A stretch of 64,000 nt of DNA from Gammaproteobacteria bacterium (GTDB taxonomy: Bacteria > Pseudomonadota > Gammaproteobacteria > Steroidobacterales > Foliamicaceae), in assembly GCA_963665145.1 (NCBI GenBank), contig OY762064.1, positions 2,790,382 through 2,854,381 of the forward strand, in the 5' to 3' direction. Under the pieces are notes generated by a model, which worked only from the letters and a program-made list of their open reading frames with translations, had not been told where the DNA came from and did no database searches. Numbering within the stretch: position 1 is the first letter of the stretch; every line of letters begins with the position of its first letter. A program made the translations under genes and the position numbers. Below, piece by piece: positions 28,559 through 38,055 of this stretch.

Positions 28559-30951
28559 GCAGCAACCTGGGTATCGGCGTATCGGCGCCTCGTAGTGAAG
28601 ATCGCCGCTTCCTCACCGGACGGGGACGGTATGTGGATGACATCAACCTGCGCTCGCAGCAGCACGCCTGGTTCGTGCGTTCCCCGCATCCCCACGCCGA
28701 GGTCCGGGGCGTTGATGCGGAAGAGGCGCTGAAGATGCCGGGTGTTACCGCCGTTCTCACCGGCGCCGACATGCAGACGGACGGGGTGGGCTCGCTGCCG
28801 GTGGCCTGGGGCATCACCAGCAAGGACGGATCGCCCGCCCATGAGCCGGAATTCCCGGCGCTGGCTACGGATCGCGTGCGCTACGTAGGCAACCCGGTCG
28901 CAGTTGTGGTTGCCGAGACCCGCGCGCAGGCGCAGAACGCCGCGGAGGCGGTCAACGTTCACTACGAGGAGCTGGAATCGGTAGCCAACGCCGCCGCGGC
29001 GCTGGAAGAGGGCGCTCCGCTGATTCACGAAGGCGCTGCGGGCAATCTCTGCTTCAATTGGGAGTGGCTGCCGGCCGCCATGGCGCCGGAAGCAAAAGCC
29101 AGTACTGACAAGGCGTTCAAGGAGGCTGCCCACGTCGTATCGTTGGAGCTGGTCAACAATCGCCTGGTTCCCAACGCCATGGAGCCGCGGGCCAGCCTCG
29201 CCGACTTCAATCCGGGGACCGGCCAGCTGACGCTGTACACCACCAGCCAGAACCCGCATGTGAATCGACTGTTGCTGTGCACCGCGACGCTGAAGATGCC
29301 GGAGCACAAGGTCCGGGTGGTGGCGCCGGATGTCGGTGGTGGCTTCGGTTCCAAGATCTATCACTATGCCGAAGAACTGGTGTGCTGCTGGGCGTCGCGG
29401 CGGCTGGGGGTCCCGGTGAAGTGGACCGCCGAGCGCAGCGAGTCGTTCCTGGGCGATGCCCAGGCGCGGGACCACCTGACCCGGGTGGAACTGGCGCTGG
29501 ATGCCGATGCCCGGTTCACCGGACTGAGGGTGGACACCGTCGCCAACCTGGGGGGATGGATTTCGGCTTTCGGCACGGCGATTCCGACGGTTTTCTACGC
29601 GCCGCTGCTGGCCGGGGTCTATACGACCCCCAACATATACGTGACCGTAAAAGGGGTGTTCACGAACACCACGCCGACAGACGCCTACCGGGGCGCCGGG
29701 CGGCCCGAGGCCTGCTACGCGGTGGAGCGCATCGTGGACGAGGCGGCGGCACAGCTCAACATAGACCCCGCGGAATTGCGGCGCATCAACTTCATACCGG
29801 CCGACGAGTTTCCCTACCAGTCACCGGTGGGTCAGATTTACGACTCCGGCGATTTCGAGGGTTGCCTGGATCTCGCCATGAAGCTCAACGCCTACGACGA
29901 GTTTGCCCAAAGGCGCAAGCAGAGCGAGGCCCGGGGCCGGCTGCGCGGGCGCGGCATGTGCTTCTATATCGAGGCCTGTGGAGCGGCGCCTTCGCAGGCG
30001 GCCGGGCAACTGGGCGCGCGCGCCGGCTTGTATGAAGTCGCCACCGTGCGCGTCAACCCTACCGGCAGCGTGCAGGTGTTGACCGGCTCGCACAGTCACG
30101 GCCAGAGCCATGAGACGACCTTTGCGCAGATCGTCGCCGAGCGGCTGGGCGTGGACTTCAGCAACGTGGAAGTGGTGCACGGCGATACCGGCGAGATCCC
30201 ATTCGGCATGGGGACTTTCGGTTCGCGCTCGCTGGCAGTGGGCGGAACGGCCCTCTACAAGGCCCTGGACAAGGTGGAGGACAAGGGACTCAAAATTGCC
30301 GCGCATCTGCTGGAAGCGGCGGCCGAGGACATCGAGTTTGTCGATGGCCAGTTCCGGGTGGCCGGTACGGATCGCGCGGTGTCCTTCGGCGACGTGGCGC
30401 TGGCGGCCTACATTCCCCACAACTACCCGCTGCAGGAGCTGGAACCGGGCCTGGAGGAGACGGCCTTTTTCGATCCGGAGAACTTCACGTTCCCGTCCGG
30501 CTGCTATATCTGCGAGGTGGAAGTGGATCCGCACACCGGCGTTGTGGACTTGCGCGACTTCGTGGCCGCCGACGACTTCGGCAACATCATCAACCCGATG
30601 GTGGTCGAAGGACAGGTGCACGGCGGACTGGCGCAAGGCATCGGCCAGGCACTGCTGGAGCACTGCCGGTATACGCCGGAAGGCCAGCTGCTCACCGGTT
30701 CCTACATGGACTATTGCATGCCGCGGGCCGACGACCTGCCGTCTTTCGTAGTGGCGACACGCTGCACGCCGACGCCGTTCAACCCGCTCGGGGTGAAGGG
30801 CTGCGGCGAGGCAGGCGCGATCGGTGCGCCGCCGGCAGTGATCAATGCGGTACTGGATGCGCTGCGTCCCCTGGGTGTCCGGCACATTGACATGCCGGCC
30901 ACGCCCCAGGACGTGTGGCAGGCGATCCGGGCCGCGCAGTCCGGCGAGTAG
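28555..30951 (+). CDS. coxL: Molybdopterin large subunit, form II CoxL-like (not a proven CO dehydrogenase)
   Basis: GGGFGSK, active-site AYRGAGRPE (form II), GQSHET and KGCGEAG motifs. Confidence 0.88.
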   Translation: MSSNLGIGVSAPRSEDRRFLTGRGRYVDDINLRSQQHAWFVRSPHPHAEVRGVDAEEALKMPGVTAVLTGADMQTDGVGSLPVAWGITSKDGSPAHEPEFPALATDRVRYVGNPVAVVVAETRAQAQNAAEAVNVHYEELESVANAAAALEEGAPLIHEGAAGNLCFNWEWLPAAMAPEAKASTDKAFKEAAHVVSLELVNNRLVPNAMEPRASLADFNPGTGQLTLYTTSQNPHVNRLLLCTATLKMPEHKVRVVAPDVGGGFGSKIYHYAEELVCCWASRRLGVPVKWTAERSESFLGDAQARDHLTRVELALDADARFTGLRVDTVANLGGWISAFGTAIPTVFYAPLLAGVYTTPNIYVTVKGVFTNTTPTDAYRGAGRPEACYAVERIVDEAAAQLNIDPAELRRINFIPADEFPYQSPVGQIYDSGDFEGCLDLAMKLNAYDEFAQRRKQSEARGRLRGRGMCFYIEACGAAPSQAAGQLGARAGLYEVATVRVNPTGSVQVLTGSHSHGQSHETTFAQIVAERLGVDFSNVEVVHGDTGEIPFGMGTFGSRSLAVGGTALYKALDKVEDKGLKIAAHLLEAAAEDIEFVDGQFRVAGTDRAVSFGDVALAAYIPHNYPLQELEPGLEETAFFDPENFTFPSGCYICEVEVDPHTGVVDLRDFVAADDFGNIINPMVVEGQVHGGLAQGIGQALLEHCRYTPEGQLLTGSYMDYCMPRADDLPSFVVATRCTPTPFNPLGVKGCGEAGAIGAPPAVINAVLDALRPLGVRHIDMPATPQDVWQAIRAAQSGE

Positions 30952-30965
30952 AGGAGGACAGGCTA

Positions 30966-31763
30966 ATGCGCGAATTTGACTATTACCGCGCCGGTTCGGT
31001 GCGCGACGCGGCCAAGCGTCTTGTTGGAGGCGGCAACGCCATGCTGCTGGCCGGTGGAATGACACTGTTGCCGGCGCTCAAGATGCGTCTGAACGAACCC
31101 TCGGAGTTGATCGACCTGGCCGACATCGACGAGCTGAGAGGAATCAAGCTCAGCCGCAAGGGAGCGCATGTCGGCGCGACGACCACCCATGCCGAGGTTG
31201 CGGGCAACGTGGAACTGCGGGCGGCCGTCCCGGTTCTGCCGCATGCTGCCGAGTCGATCGGCGATCCGCAGGTGCGCAACCGGGGGACCCTGGGCGGTTC
31301 GCTGGCCAATAACGACCCCGCGGCCGACTACCCGGCGGTGGCGTTGGCTCTGGGTGCGACCGTGTTCACCAACAAGCGCAAGATCTCGGCCGATGATTTC
31401 TTCACCGGGATGTTCGAAACGGCCCTGGGCCGCGGCGAGATGGTGACTCAGGTGTTGTTCCCGATCCCACAGCGCGCGGGGTATGCGAAGTTTCCGAATC
31501 CGGCAACACGCTACGCGCTGGTGGGCGTTTGCGTGGCGCAATTCAAGACCGGCGTGCGCGTTGCGGTAACCGGCGCGGGGCCGTCCGTCTACCGGCTTCC
31601 CGACTTCGAGGAGGCGCTTTCGGACGACTTTTCACCCGCTGTCCTGGACGGTTTGTCGGCTTCCGCCGCCAATCTCAACGACGACATGCATGCGGGCGCG
31701 GAGTATCGTGCCCACCTGGTGGGTGTAATGGCCCGCCGCGCCGTCGGAATCGCGCTCGACTGA
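30966..31763 (+). CDS. coxM: FAD-binding medium subunit
   Basis: LAGGMTL and IGDPQVRNRGTLGGSLANNDPAAD motifs. Confidence 0.9.
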   Translation: MREFDYYRAGSVRDAAKRLVGGGNAMLLAGGMTLLPALKMRLNEPSELIDLADIDELRGIKLSRKGAHVGATTTHAEVAGNVELRAAVPVLPHAAESIGDPQVRNRGTLGGSLANNDPAADYPAVALALGATVFTNKRKISADDFFTGMFETALGRGEMVTQVLFPIPQRAGYAKFPNPATRYALVGVCVAQFKTGVRVAVTGAGPSVYRLPDFEEALSDDFSPAVLDGLSASAANLNDDMHAGAEYRAHLVGVMARRAVGIALD

Positions 31764-31770
31764 GGTTCCT

Positions 31771-31823
31771 GGGAACGAGGGCGTCCTGCCCTCGCCAGAG
31801 GCGGACACGCCCTCGTCCCCAAG
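31771..31823. repeat. Inverted pair of REP-like palindromes
   Basis: gggaacgagggcgtcctgccctcg followed by the inverted copy gaggcggacacgccctcgtccccaag. Confidence 0.65.
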
Positions 31824-31824
31824 A

Positions 31825-32736
31825 GTGAGAAGGCTTCTCCACGTGAGTTCATTGCCCGGATCGGTTGATCAAGTCCGTGACCTGCTCGCCGGGCAGAGCT
31901 ACATCGTCGGGGACCGCCTGAGCACCGCCGTCTTCCTCGCGCTCAGCCTCAAGCGCCCATTGTTTCTGGAGGGCGAGGCCGGCGTAGGCAAGACCGAATT
32001 GGCGGTTGCGCTTGCCGCATCTTTGAAGCGCAAGTTGATTCGCCTGCAGTGCCATGAAGGGCTGGACCTGGCCGGGGCCGCCTACGAATGGAACCACGCC
32101 CGGCAGATCCTCGCCATCCGGCTTGCCGAAGCAGAAGGCAAGGAGCGTGTGGAGGGCTTGTCGGCGGACCTGTACGCGCGCGAGTTCCTGGTTGAACGGC
32201 CGTTGCTGAAGGCCCTGTCGCCGCATGCCGACGGCCCTCCGGTGCTATTGGTGGACGAGCTGGACCGCGCCGATGAGCCCTTCGAGGCCTACCTGCTGGA
32301 ATTCCTCGCCGATTTCCGCATGAGTATTCCGGAACTGGGCGAACTCGAGGCTGGTGAGCCGCCGCTGGTGATCCTGACATCGAACCGCACGCGCGAGGTG
32401 CACGACGCGCTCAAGCGCCGCTGCCTGTATTGCTGGGTGGATTACCCGACGCAGGCTGCGGAGGAGAAAATCCTGGCGGCGCGAGTCCCGGACCTTCCTG
32501 AAGCGTTGCGTGCAAAGGTCGCCGGATTCGTGCAGGGGCTGCGCAAGGAAGGTCTGTTCAAGGCGCCGGGCGTTTCGGAAACGCTGGATTGGGCGGAGGC
32601 GCTGATGGCCATGGGCGCCGGAGAAGTGGACGCGCAGGCGGTTTCGGATACGCTGGGTGCGCTGCTCAAGTACCAGGAGGACCTTGAAGCGGTGGACGAA
32701 AGCATGGTAGAGCGGCTACTCACTGCCGCCGCCTGA
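31825..32736 (+). CDS. coxD: MoxR-family AAA+ ATPase (CoxD-like)
   Basis: GEAGVGKT, LLVDELDR and TSNRTREVHDALKRRC motifs. Confidence 0.9.
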   Translation: MRRLLHVSSLPGSVDQVRDLLAGQSYIVGDRLSTAVFLALSLKRPLFLEGEAGVGKTELAVALAASLKRKLIRLQCHEGLDLAGAAYEWNHARQILAIRLAEAEGKERVEGLSADLYAREFLVERPLLKALSPHADGPPVLLVDELDRADEPFEAYLLEFLADFRMSIPELGELEAGEPPLVILTSNRTREVHDALKRRCLYCWVDYPTQAAEEKILAARVPDLPEALRAKVAGFVQGLRKEGLFKAPGVSETLDWAEALMAMGAGEVDAQAVSDTLGALLKYQEDLEAVDESMVERLLTAAA

Positions 32737-32740
32737 CCCC

Positions 32741-32766
32741 TTGGGAAGGAGGGTTTCCAGCCCTCG
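32741..32766 (+). repeat. Degenerate REP-like palindrome
   Basis: ttgggaaggagggtttccagccctcg. Confidence 0.5.
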
Positions 32767-32768
32767 AC

Positions 32769-33920
32769 ATGACCACCCCCACAAACCCTACCGGCCTCAC
32801 AGAACGCGTCGTAAGCCTGGTGCGCACACTCCGCGCCGCCGGCCTCCCTTTAGGCGTCGGCCGGACCGCGCTGGCCCTTCAGGCCGTGGAACACATCGAC
32901 ATCGGCAATCGTGCCGAGTTCTCTGCAGCGCTGCGCTCCGTGCTCACCGCCAGTCCCGCGGATGGCGTGCTGTTCGACGTCGCCTTCCAGATGTTTTTCG
33001 GCAATCCGGCGGCCTTCAGCCGTTTGAGCGAACTTCAGGCGCTGGGTTTGCGGTCCCTTGGCGAGGTCAAGCCCCCGCCCGGCGCGCTGCGGCTGCTGCG
33101 CGCCATGGACAGCGCGCCCAACCTGGTCGCTGCGCCTGCCGCCACGCACGCCGTAACCGGCACGGGATATTCGCCCCAGGAATCACTCTCGACCAGGGAT
33201 TTTGCCCAGATGACGCCGGACGAGCAGGCCCAGGCGCGCGAATTGCTGCGACGCGGCGTACTCTGCCCGAAGCGACTGGGCAGGCGCTACAAGGCTGCGA
33301 CCCACGGCCCCAGAATTGATCTCCGGTCCACCCTGCGCTCGGGACTCTCGGCAGGCGGCGAACTCATGGAGCTGAAACGCATGGCGCGCCGGCCCGAACC
33401 CATGTCGCTGGTCCTGTTGTTTGACGTGTCCGGTTCGATGACCGCATATGCGCGCATGGCAGTCCATTTCGCCCATGCGCTGTGCGGCGCCCGGCGGACG
33501 GTCGAGGCGTTCGTGTTCGCCACCCGGCTGACACGGATTACCCGGGAGTTACGCGGCCGCGACGGCGACGTTGCAACCGCCGCGGCGCTGGCGGCGGCCC
33601 CGGACTGGGAGGGCGGCACCCGAATTGCCGACGCCCTGGGCGAGTTCAATCGACTCTGGTCGCGCCGGGTTCTGACCCGCCCCGGCATGGTCCTGCTCTT
33701 CAGCGACGGCCTGGAACGCGCGTACGTGGACAAGTTGCGCTGCGAGGCCGCAAGACTACGCCGTTCCTGCAAGCGCCTGGTATGGCTCAACCCGCTGCTG
33801 CGCTACGAAGGCTTCGAGGCCCGCGCCCGGGGAGTGAAGGCGCTGCTGCCCGCGGTCCATGAGCACCGCTCCGCCCACAACGTCGAAAGCCTGCTTGGCC
33901 TCGCCGCCGCCCTCGAGTAA
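32769..33920 (+). CDS. coxE: VWA-domain protein (CoxE-like)
   Basis: DVSGSM MIDAS motif, GGTRI, SDGL and WLNPLL. Confidence 0.88.
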   Translation: MTTPTNPTGLTERVVSLVRTLRAAGLPLGVGRTALALQAVEHIDIGNRAEFSAALRSVLTASPADGVLFDVAFQMFFGNPAAFSRLSELQALGLRSLGEVKPPPGALRLLRAMDSAPNLVAAPAATHAVTGTGYSPQESLSTRDFAQMTPDEQAQARELLRRGVLCPKRLGRRYKAATHGPRIDLRSTLRSGLSAGGELMELKRMARRPEPMSLVLLFDVSGSMTAYARMAVHFAHALCGARRTVEAFVFATRLTRITRELRGRDGDVATAAALAAAPDWEGGTRIADALGEFNRLWSRRVLTRPGMVLLFSDGLERAYVDKLRCEAARLRRSCKRLVWLNPLLRYEGFEARARGVKALLPAVHEHRSAHNVESLLGLAAALE

Positions 33921-33953
33921 GCGGGCTGACGACAGCGCGCGGGGTTTCCGCAC

Positions 33954-34008
33954 TTGGGACGAAGGCCTCAAGCCCTCGCGGGAGGGCAGGATTTCCTCCT
34001 TCCTGGAA
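33954..34008. repeat. Degenerate inverted REP-like pair
   Basis: ttgggacgaaggcctcaagccctcgc followed by gggagggcaggatttcctccttcc. Confidence 0.4.
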
Positions 34009-34091
34009 GTAAGATGGGGCGGAGCAGAATGCCCGCACTTGGGGCTGATTTCGGGTTAACCTTAGCGGGTAGCGCGTAGGTATTCCGTTTA

Positions 34092-35447
34092 TTGCAGTCA
34101 AGTAAAGTGAAGAAACTCTCCCTGGAAGCGTTCATGGCCGGCCTTGTGCGCCGGAATCCAGGCGAGATCGAGTTCCACCAGGCGGTAAAGGAAGTCGCGG
34201 CCGACATCTTTCCTTTCCAGGCGAAGAACCCCCTCTACAACGAAGCGCGGATATTTGAGCGGCTGGCGGAGCCGGACCGGGTCGTTTCTTTTCGTGTGTG
34301 CTGGGAAACCGACCAGCGCCGAATCGAGATCAACCGGGGCTACCGCGTTCAGTGGAACAATGCGATCGGACCCTACAAAGGCGGATTGAGGTTTCATCCG
34401 TCGGTCAACCAGAGCATCCTCAAATTCCTCGGTTTCGAGCAGACGTTCAAGAACAGCCTGACCGGCTTGCCGATGGGCGGCGCCAAGGGCGGGTCTGATT
34501 TTGATCCCAAGGACAAGTCCGATGCGGAGATCATGCGCTTCTGCCAGGCATTCATGACCGAGCTGCATCGACACATCGGCCCGAACATGGACGTCCCGGC
34601 GGGCGACATCGGTGTCGGCGGGCGGGAAATCGGCTACTTGTTCGGTCAGTACAAGCGTCTCGAGAACGTGTTTGAGGGCGTGCTTACAGGGAAGGCCATT
34701 GAATTTGGCGGTTCTCACATGCGACCGGAAGCAACGGGCTACGGCGTGGTCTACATGATGGAAGAGATGCTGGCGCTTCGCAATGAGGACCTGGCCGGAA
34801 AGACCTGCGTCGTATCGGGTTCCGGCAACGTGGCCCTGCACTGCTGTCAGCGGCTCATCCACATGGGCGCCAGAGTCGTGACCTTGTCGGATTCATCCGG
34901 ATTTGTCCATGACCCAGCGGGGATTGATGTCGAGAAGCTCGCCTGGGCCAAGGAACTCAAGCTTTCGCAGCGCGGTCGAATCGAGGAGTATGCAAAGAAA
35001 TTCGGTTGCGACCACCATCCCGGCGCCCGCCCCTGGTCAGTGCCTTGCGATCTGGCGTTTCCCTGCGCCACGCAGAACGAACTGGATGAGGCGAACGCCC
35101 GCCGCCTGGTGGAAGGCGGGTGCCAGGCGGTAGCCGAAGGCGCGAACATGCCTTCCACTCCGGCGGCGATGGAACTGCTGGCGAAGGCGCAGATTCCCCA
35201 CATGCCGGGCAAGGCCGCAAACGCAGGAGGCGTCGCCGTTTCCGGTCTCGAGATCAGCCAGAACAGCCTGCACTCGACCTGGTCCCGGGGCGAGGTGAAC
35301 ATGAAACTGCGCGACATCATCCGTGAGATTCACGAACAGTGTGTCCACTACGGCGAGCAGTCCGGGTTCGTCAACTATTGCCGTGGGGCAAATGTCGGCG
35401 GCTATGCAAAGATAGCCGAAGCGATGCTGGCTTACGGCGTGGTCTGA
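34092..35447 (+). CDS. gdhA: NADP-specific glutamate dehydrogenase
   Basis: GPYKGGLRFHPSVN, GGAKGGSDFDP, DVPAGDIGVG, RPEATGYG and SGSGNVA motifs. Confidence 0.95.
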   Translation: MQSSKVKKLSLEAFMAGLVRRNPGEIEFHQAVKEVAADIFPFQAKNPLYNEARIFERLAEPDRVVSFRVCWETDQRRIEINRGYRVQWNNAIGPYKGGLRFHPSVNQSILKFLGFEQTFKNSLTGLPMGGAKGGSDFDPKDKSDAEIMRFCQAFMTELHRHIGPNMDVPAGDIGVGGREIGYLFGQYKRLENVFEGVLTGKAIEFGGSHMRPEATGYGVVYMMEEMLALRNEDLAGKTCVVSGSGNVALHCCQRLIHMGARVVTLSDSSGFVHDPAGIDVEKLAWAKELKLSQRGRIEEYAKKFGCDHHPGARPWSVPCDLAFPCATQNELDEANARRLVEGGCQAVAEGANMPSTPAAMELLAKAQIPHMPGKAANAGGVAVSGLEISQNSLHSTWSRGEVNMKLRDIIREIHEQCVHYGEQSGFVNYCRGANVGGYAKIAEAMLAYGVV

Positions 35448-36733
35448 GCAGCTGTTTCCGTGCCCATGCAGGCTGCGTTCAGGTCTGCGCGGGTCGGGCG
35501 TATACCCTCCGGCTGGACGCTGATCGAATCCACGGCCCGCGTGAACATATTGGGCAGCATCGCGTCATCCCACTCGGGACCATCATGGCCGGTGCGCAGG
35601 ATTACGAGCTGCCGCGAAGGGATCATGTAGAGCCGCTGGTCGCCGGCGCCGTCAAGGAAGAAAATGTCATCGGCCACGAACGGTTCCGAATGCACGTTTC
35701 CCATGAATTCGATATTCGGATCGTACTTGCGCAGGCGTTCATGCGAGGTCCCCAGCCAGAGCTGCATGCCGTAGTTCTCGTTGGCCGCTGACGGAGTGGT
35801 CATTTCATCCACCCAGCCTTCCGGAATAATCTGTTGGCCTGCGTAGCATCCGTCCTGCAGCATGGCCTGCCCGATGCGCACCCAGTCCTCGATCGCGGTC
35901 CACATGCAGCAGTCGGTGTGCACCATGCCATCCGGCCGGTCCAGGAAGAGCAAGCCGTCGCGCAGCCCCAGCGGCGCCCAGAGCTTTTCCGACAGGTAAT
36001 CGGCAAAGCGCTTGGTCGTGGCGCGCTCCACCACGATGCCGGCCACTTGGCTGTTGGGGTTTGCGTGCGAGAAGGCCGTCCCGGGCGGCGCGTAGATTCC
36101 GACTTCGAGGTTGGCGGTAACGATGTCGGTTCCCATCGTGCGCGCCAGGCGCGCCGAGCCCGGATAGAAGGCAAACGTCTCCTCAAGCCCCCCGGCCATG
36201 TTCAGCAGATCGCGAACGGTTATGCCGCGGCGTTCGTCCGTGTCCCATTCCGGGAGGAAATCCGCCGCCGGCTGATCGACTGACTCCATGTAGCCGTCGG
36301 CGATGGCGTGACCCACCAGTATGGAAGTCAGCACCTTGGTGAGCGAATGGGTGCTGAATTCGGTTTCCGGGGTGCGATCGTTGAAATAACTGGCGTGGGC
36401 CAGCTGCCCCTTGTAGAGCACCACAAGCGAATCGCTGTCCTGTTGCTCAGCCCACGAGGCGGCTTCCCTGGAAACCGCCGGGTCGATCGGGTTTTCGTCC
36501 TCAGCCCACACTCCAAGCGGGACCGGCTCGCCGCCGGCCACAAGCTCCTGCGGGTCATACCAGGCGCGCGCGGGACTCATGGGATTGCCGGTCAACGAGA
36601 TGGCGTAGCGTTTGGCATAGATGCCATACCATTCGAGGCGCGAAGGCAGATAGATCAGCACGCCGATTACGGCGATGACGATCAGCAACCACTTGCCGGT
36701 AGCGGCAAGTCCTCTGAGAAAGCTCTTGAGCAT
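35432..36733 (-). CDS. Serine hydrolase, beta-lactamase/NylB-like fold, N-terminal membrane anchor
   Basis: SLTK (SxxK), ITVRDLL, LWAPLG and DGAGDQ motifs. Confidence 0.85.
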   Translation of the reverse strand: MLKSFLRGLAATGKWLLIVIAVIGVLIYLPSRLEWYGIYAKRYAISLTGNPMSPARAWYDPQELVAGGEPVPLGVWAEDENPIDPAVSREAASWAEQQDSDSLVVLYKGQLAHASYFNDRTPETEFSTHSLTKVLTSILVGHAIADGYMESVDQPAADFLPEWDTDERRGITVRDLLNMAGGLEETFAFYPGSARLARTMGTDIVTANLEVGIYAPPGTAFSHANPNSQVAGIVVERATTKRFADYLSEKLWAPLGLRDGLLFLDRPDGMVHTDCCMWTAIEDWVRIGQAMLQDGCYAGQQIIPEGWVDEMTTPSAANENYGMQLWLGTSHERLRKYDPNIEFMGNVHSEPFVADDIFFLDGAGDQRLYMIPSRQLVILRTGHDGPEWDDAMLPNMFTRAVDSISVQPEGIRPTRADLNAACMGTETAAQTTP

Positions 36734-36764
36734 GGTGTCTCCTTGGGTTTACTGGGCCGCGCGG

Positions 36765-37607
36765 CTATTCCGACGCGGATTCCGCTTCATCGTCCGTAGG
36801 CCGGCCGGGAAGAATTCCTCCGTAGAGTATCCCTCCGCCATACACCGGCGATTGCCATAACTCCTCGGAGAAGCGCGGTATGGCCATGGCCGCGACCGGG
36901 AAGCACTGGACGAAGTAGTCCGGATCCACGGGCAGACCCTGCAGGGCGTAACAGAAGAAATCGCGGTCATCAATGTGCCAGAACCCGTCGACGCCTTCCA
37001 TGCTGGAACTGACGGAGCCGTCCTTGTTGAAGTAGGCATCGAACACGAATTCCTGCTCGTCGTCCACCCAGCGGTAGTGGGTGGTGTTGTGCATCAGGTG
37101 GTTCCAGAAGCTAGGAAAGCGCTCCGCGGGCGACGCGCCCCTGGGGGTTTCGAGCGCGGCGATATCAATTTCCGGGCGCGGCTAGTCCGCGCCGCCGGTT
37201 TCCATCATCATGAACGAGATCATGGCCAGGCGGTCGCGGTCGGGCACCGGTTCGGGAATGAGCATGGTGTTGCCGGGCAGGTAACCGTCGGGATTGGCGA
37301 GCCAGTCGTCCACCCGGTCCGGCGTCCAGGCGAATTCGGCGTTTCTCAGCGTCTCGGAATAGCTGAACTCCTCCCTGGAACCGGCAGTCTGGCCGATGAC
37401 CTGCCATAAATTGGGCCCGGCCAGGTGCAGGGCGCCTTCGGCAAGTGTGTGGCAGGCGCTGCAGCGTTGCTGAAAGGCCAGGCGGCCTCTCACATAGTCG
37501 GCTCCGGCGAGCGTCTCGTGTGTGAGACGCTCCTGGGCGCCCGCAGGCGAGGCCGGCAGGGACCAGGCAAGGACGACAAGGGCGACTGTTGCGACGGCGC
37601 GTCTCAT
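36765..37607 (-). pseudogene. Cytochrome c2-like domain fused to an unknown beta-rich domain, interrupted by an in-frame TAG at 37182-37184
   Basis: Signal peptide, CSACH, GPNL and PGNTM. The frame continues past TAG (GGAD*PRPEIDIAALETPRGASPAERFPSFWNHLMHNTTHY) into ORF 36765-37094. Confidence 0.7.
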
Positions 37608-37608
37608 T

Positions 37609-38037
37609 TCACTGCGTTCCGTATTTTTCGACCATGTGATTCACGGATGACGCGATCAGTTCTTCCAGTATCGAGAGGTCCACGTCGTCGAGTTTGTTGA
37701 TGTACAGGCAGGAACGGCCGGTCTTGAACTTTCCCAGCTTCCCCATCAGCGCGTCGTAGTGCGTGAACCCCGGCATGATGTAGATGGTAAGCGCTTTCTT
37801 GCGCGGCGAAAAACCGGTGATGAGGAAGTCGCCTTCGCGACCGCTGTCGTATCGGTAGTGGTATTCCCCGAAGCCGACAATGCTCGGCCCCCACATCTTC
37901 GGCTCCCAGCCGGTGATCCGTTCCATCATGGCCTTCACCGTGCGCGCATCGCTTCTCCGCCGTTCATTTTCGACGGCATCCAGAAAAGAGTCGACGCTTG
38001 CGTCGTTGGGAATCGTCTTGTTCTGGTTCCCCGCCAT
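37609..38037 (-). CDS. DUF1801 (YdhG-like) protein
   Basis: PKMWGPSIVGFGEYHYRY, GFSPRK and LGKFKTGRSCLYI motifs. Confidence 0.85.
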   Translation of the reverse strand: MAGNQNKTIPNDASVDSFLDAVENERRRSDARTVKAMMERITGWEPKMWGPSIVGFGEYHYRYDSGREGDFLITGFSPRKKALTIYIMPGFTHYDALMGKLGKFKTGRSCLYINKLDDVDLSILEELIASSVNHMVEKYGTQ

Positions 38038-38055
38038 GTCAAGCCGGCATGCGGT

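Noticed and set aside
28555-30951. Bona fide aerobic CO dehydrogenase
   Set aside because: The active-site motif is AYRGAGR, not AYRCSFR.
33948-34043. Direct repeat ccgcacttggg (two copies) as a mini-CRISPR or operator
   Set aside because: Only two 11-bp copies, no cas genes, and overlap with degenerate REP sequence.
37182-37184. Genome-wide amber recoding or pyrrolysine
   Set aside because: TAG terminates many clear genes here (TBDR 1654, coxL, rpmI), and no pyl genes or suppressor tRNA are present.
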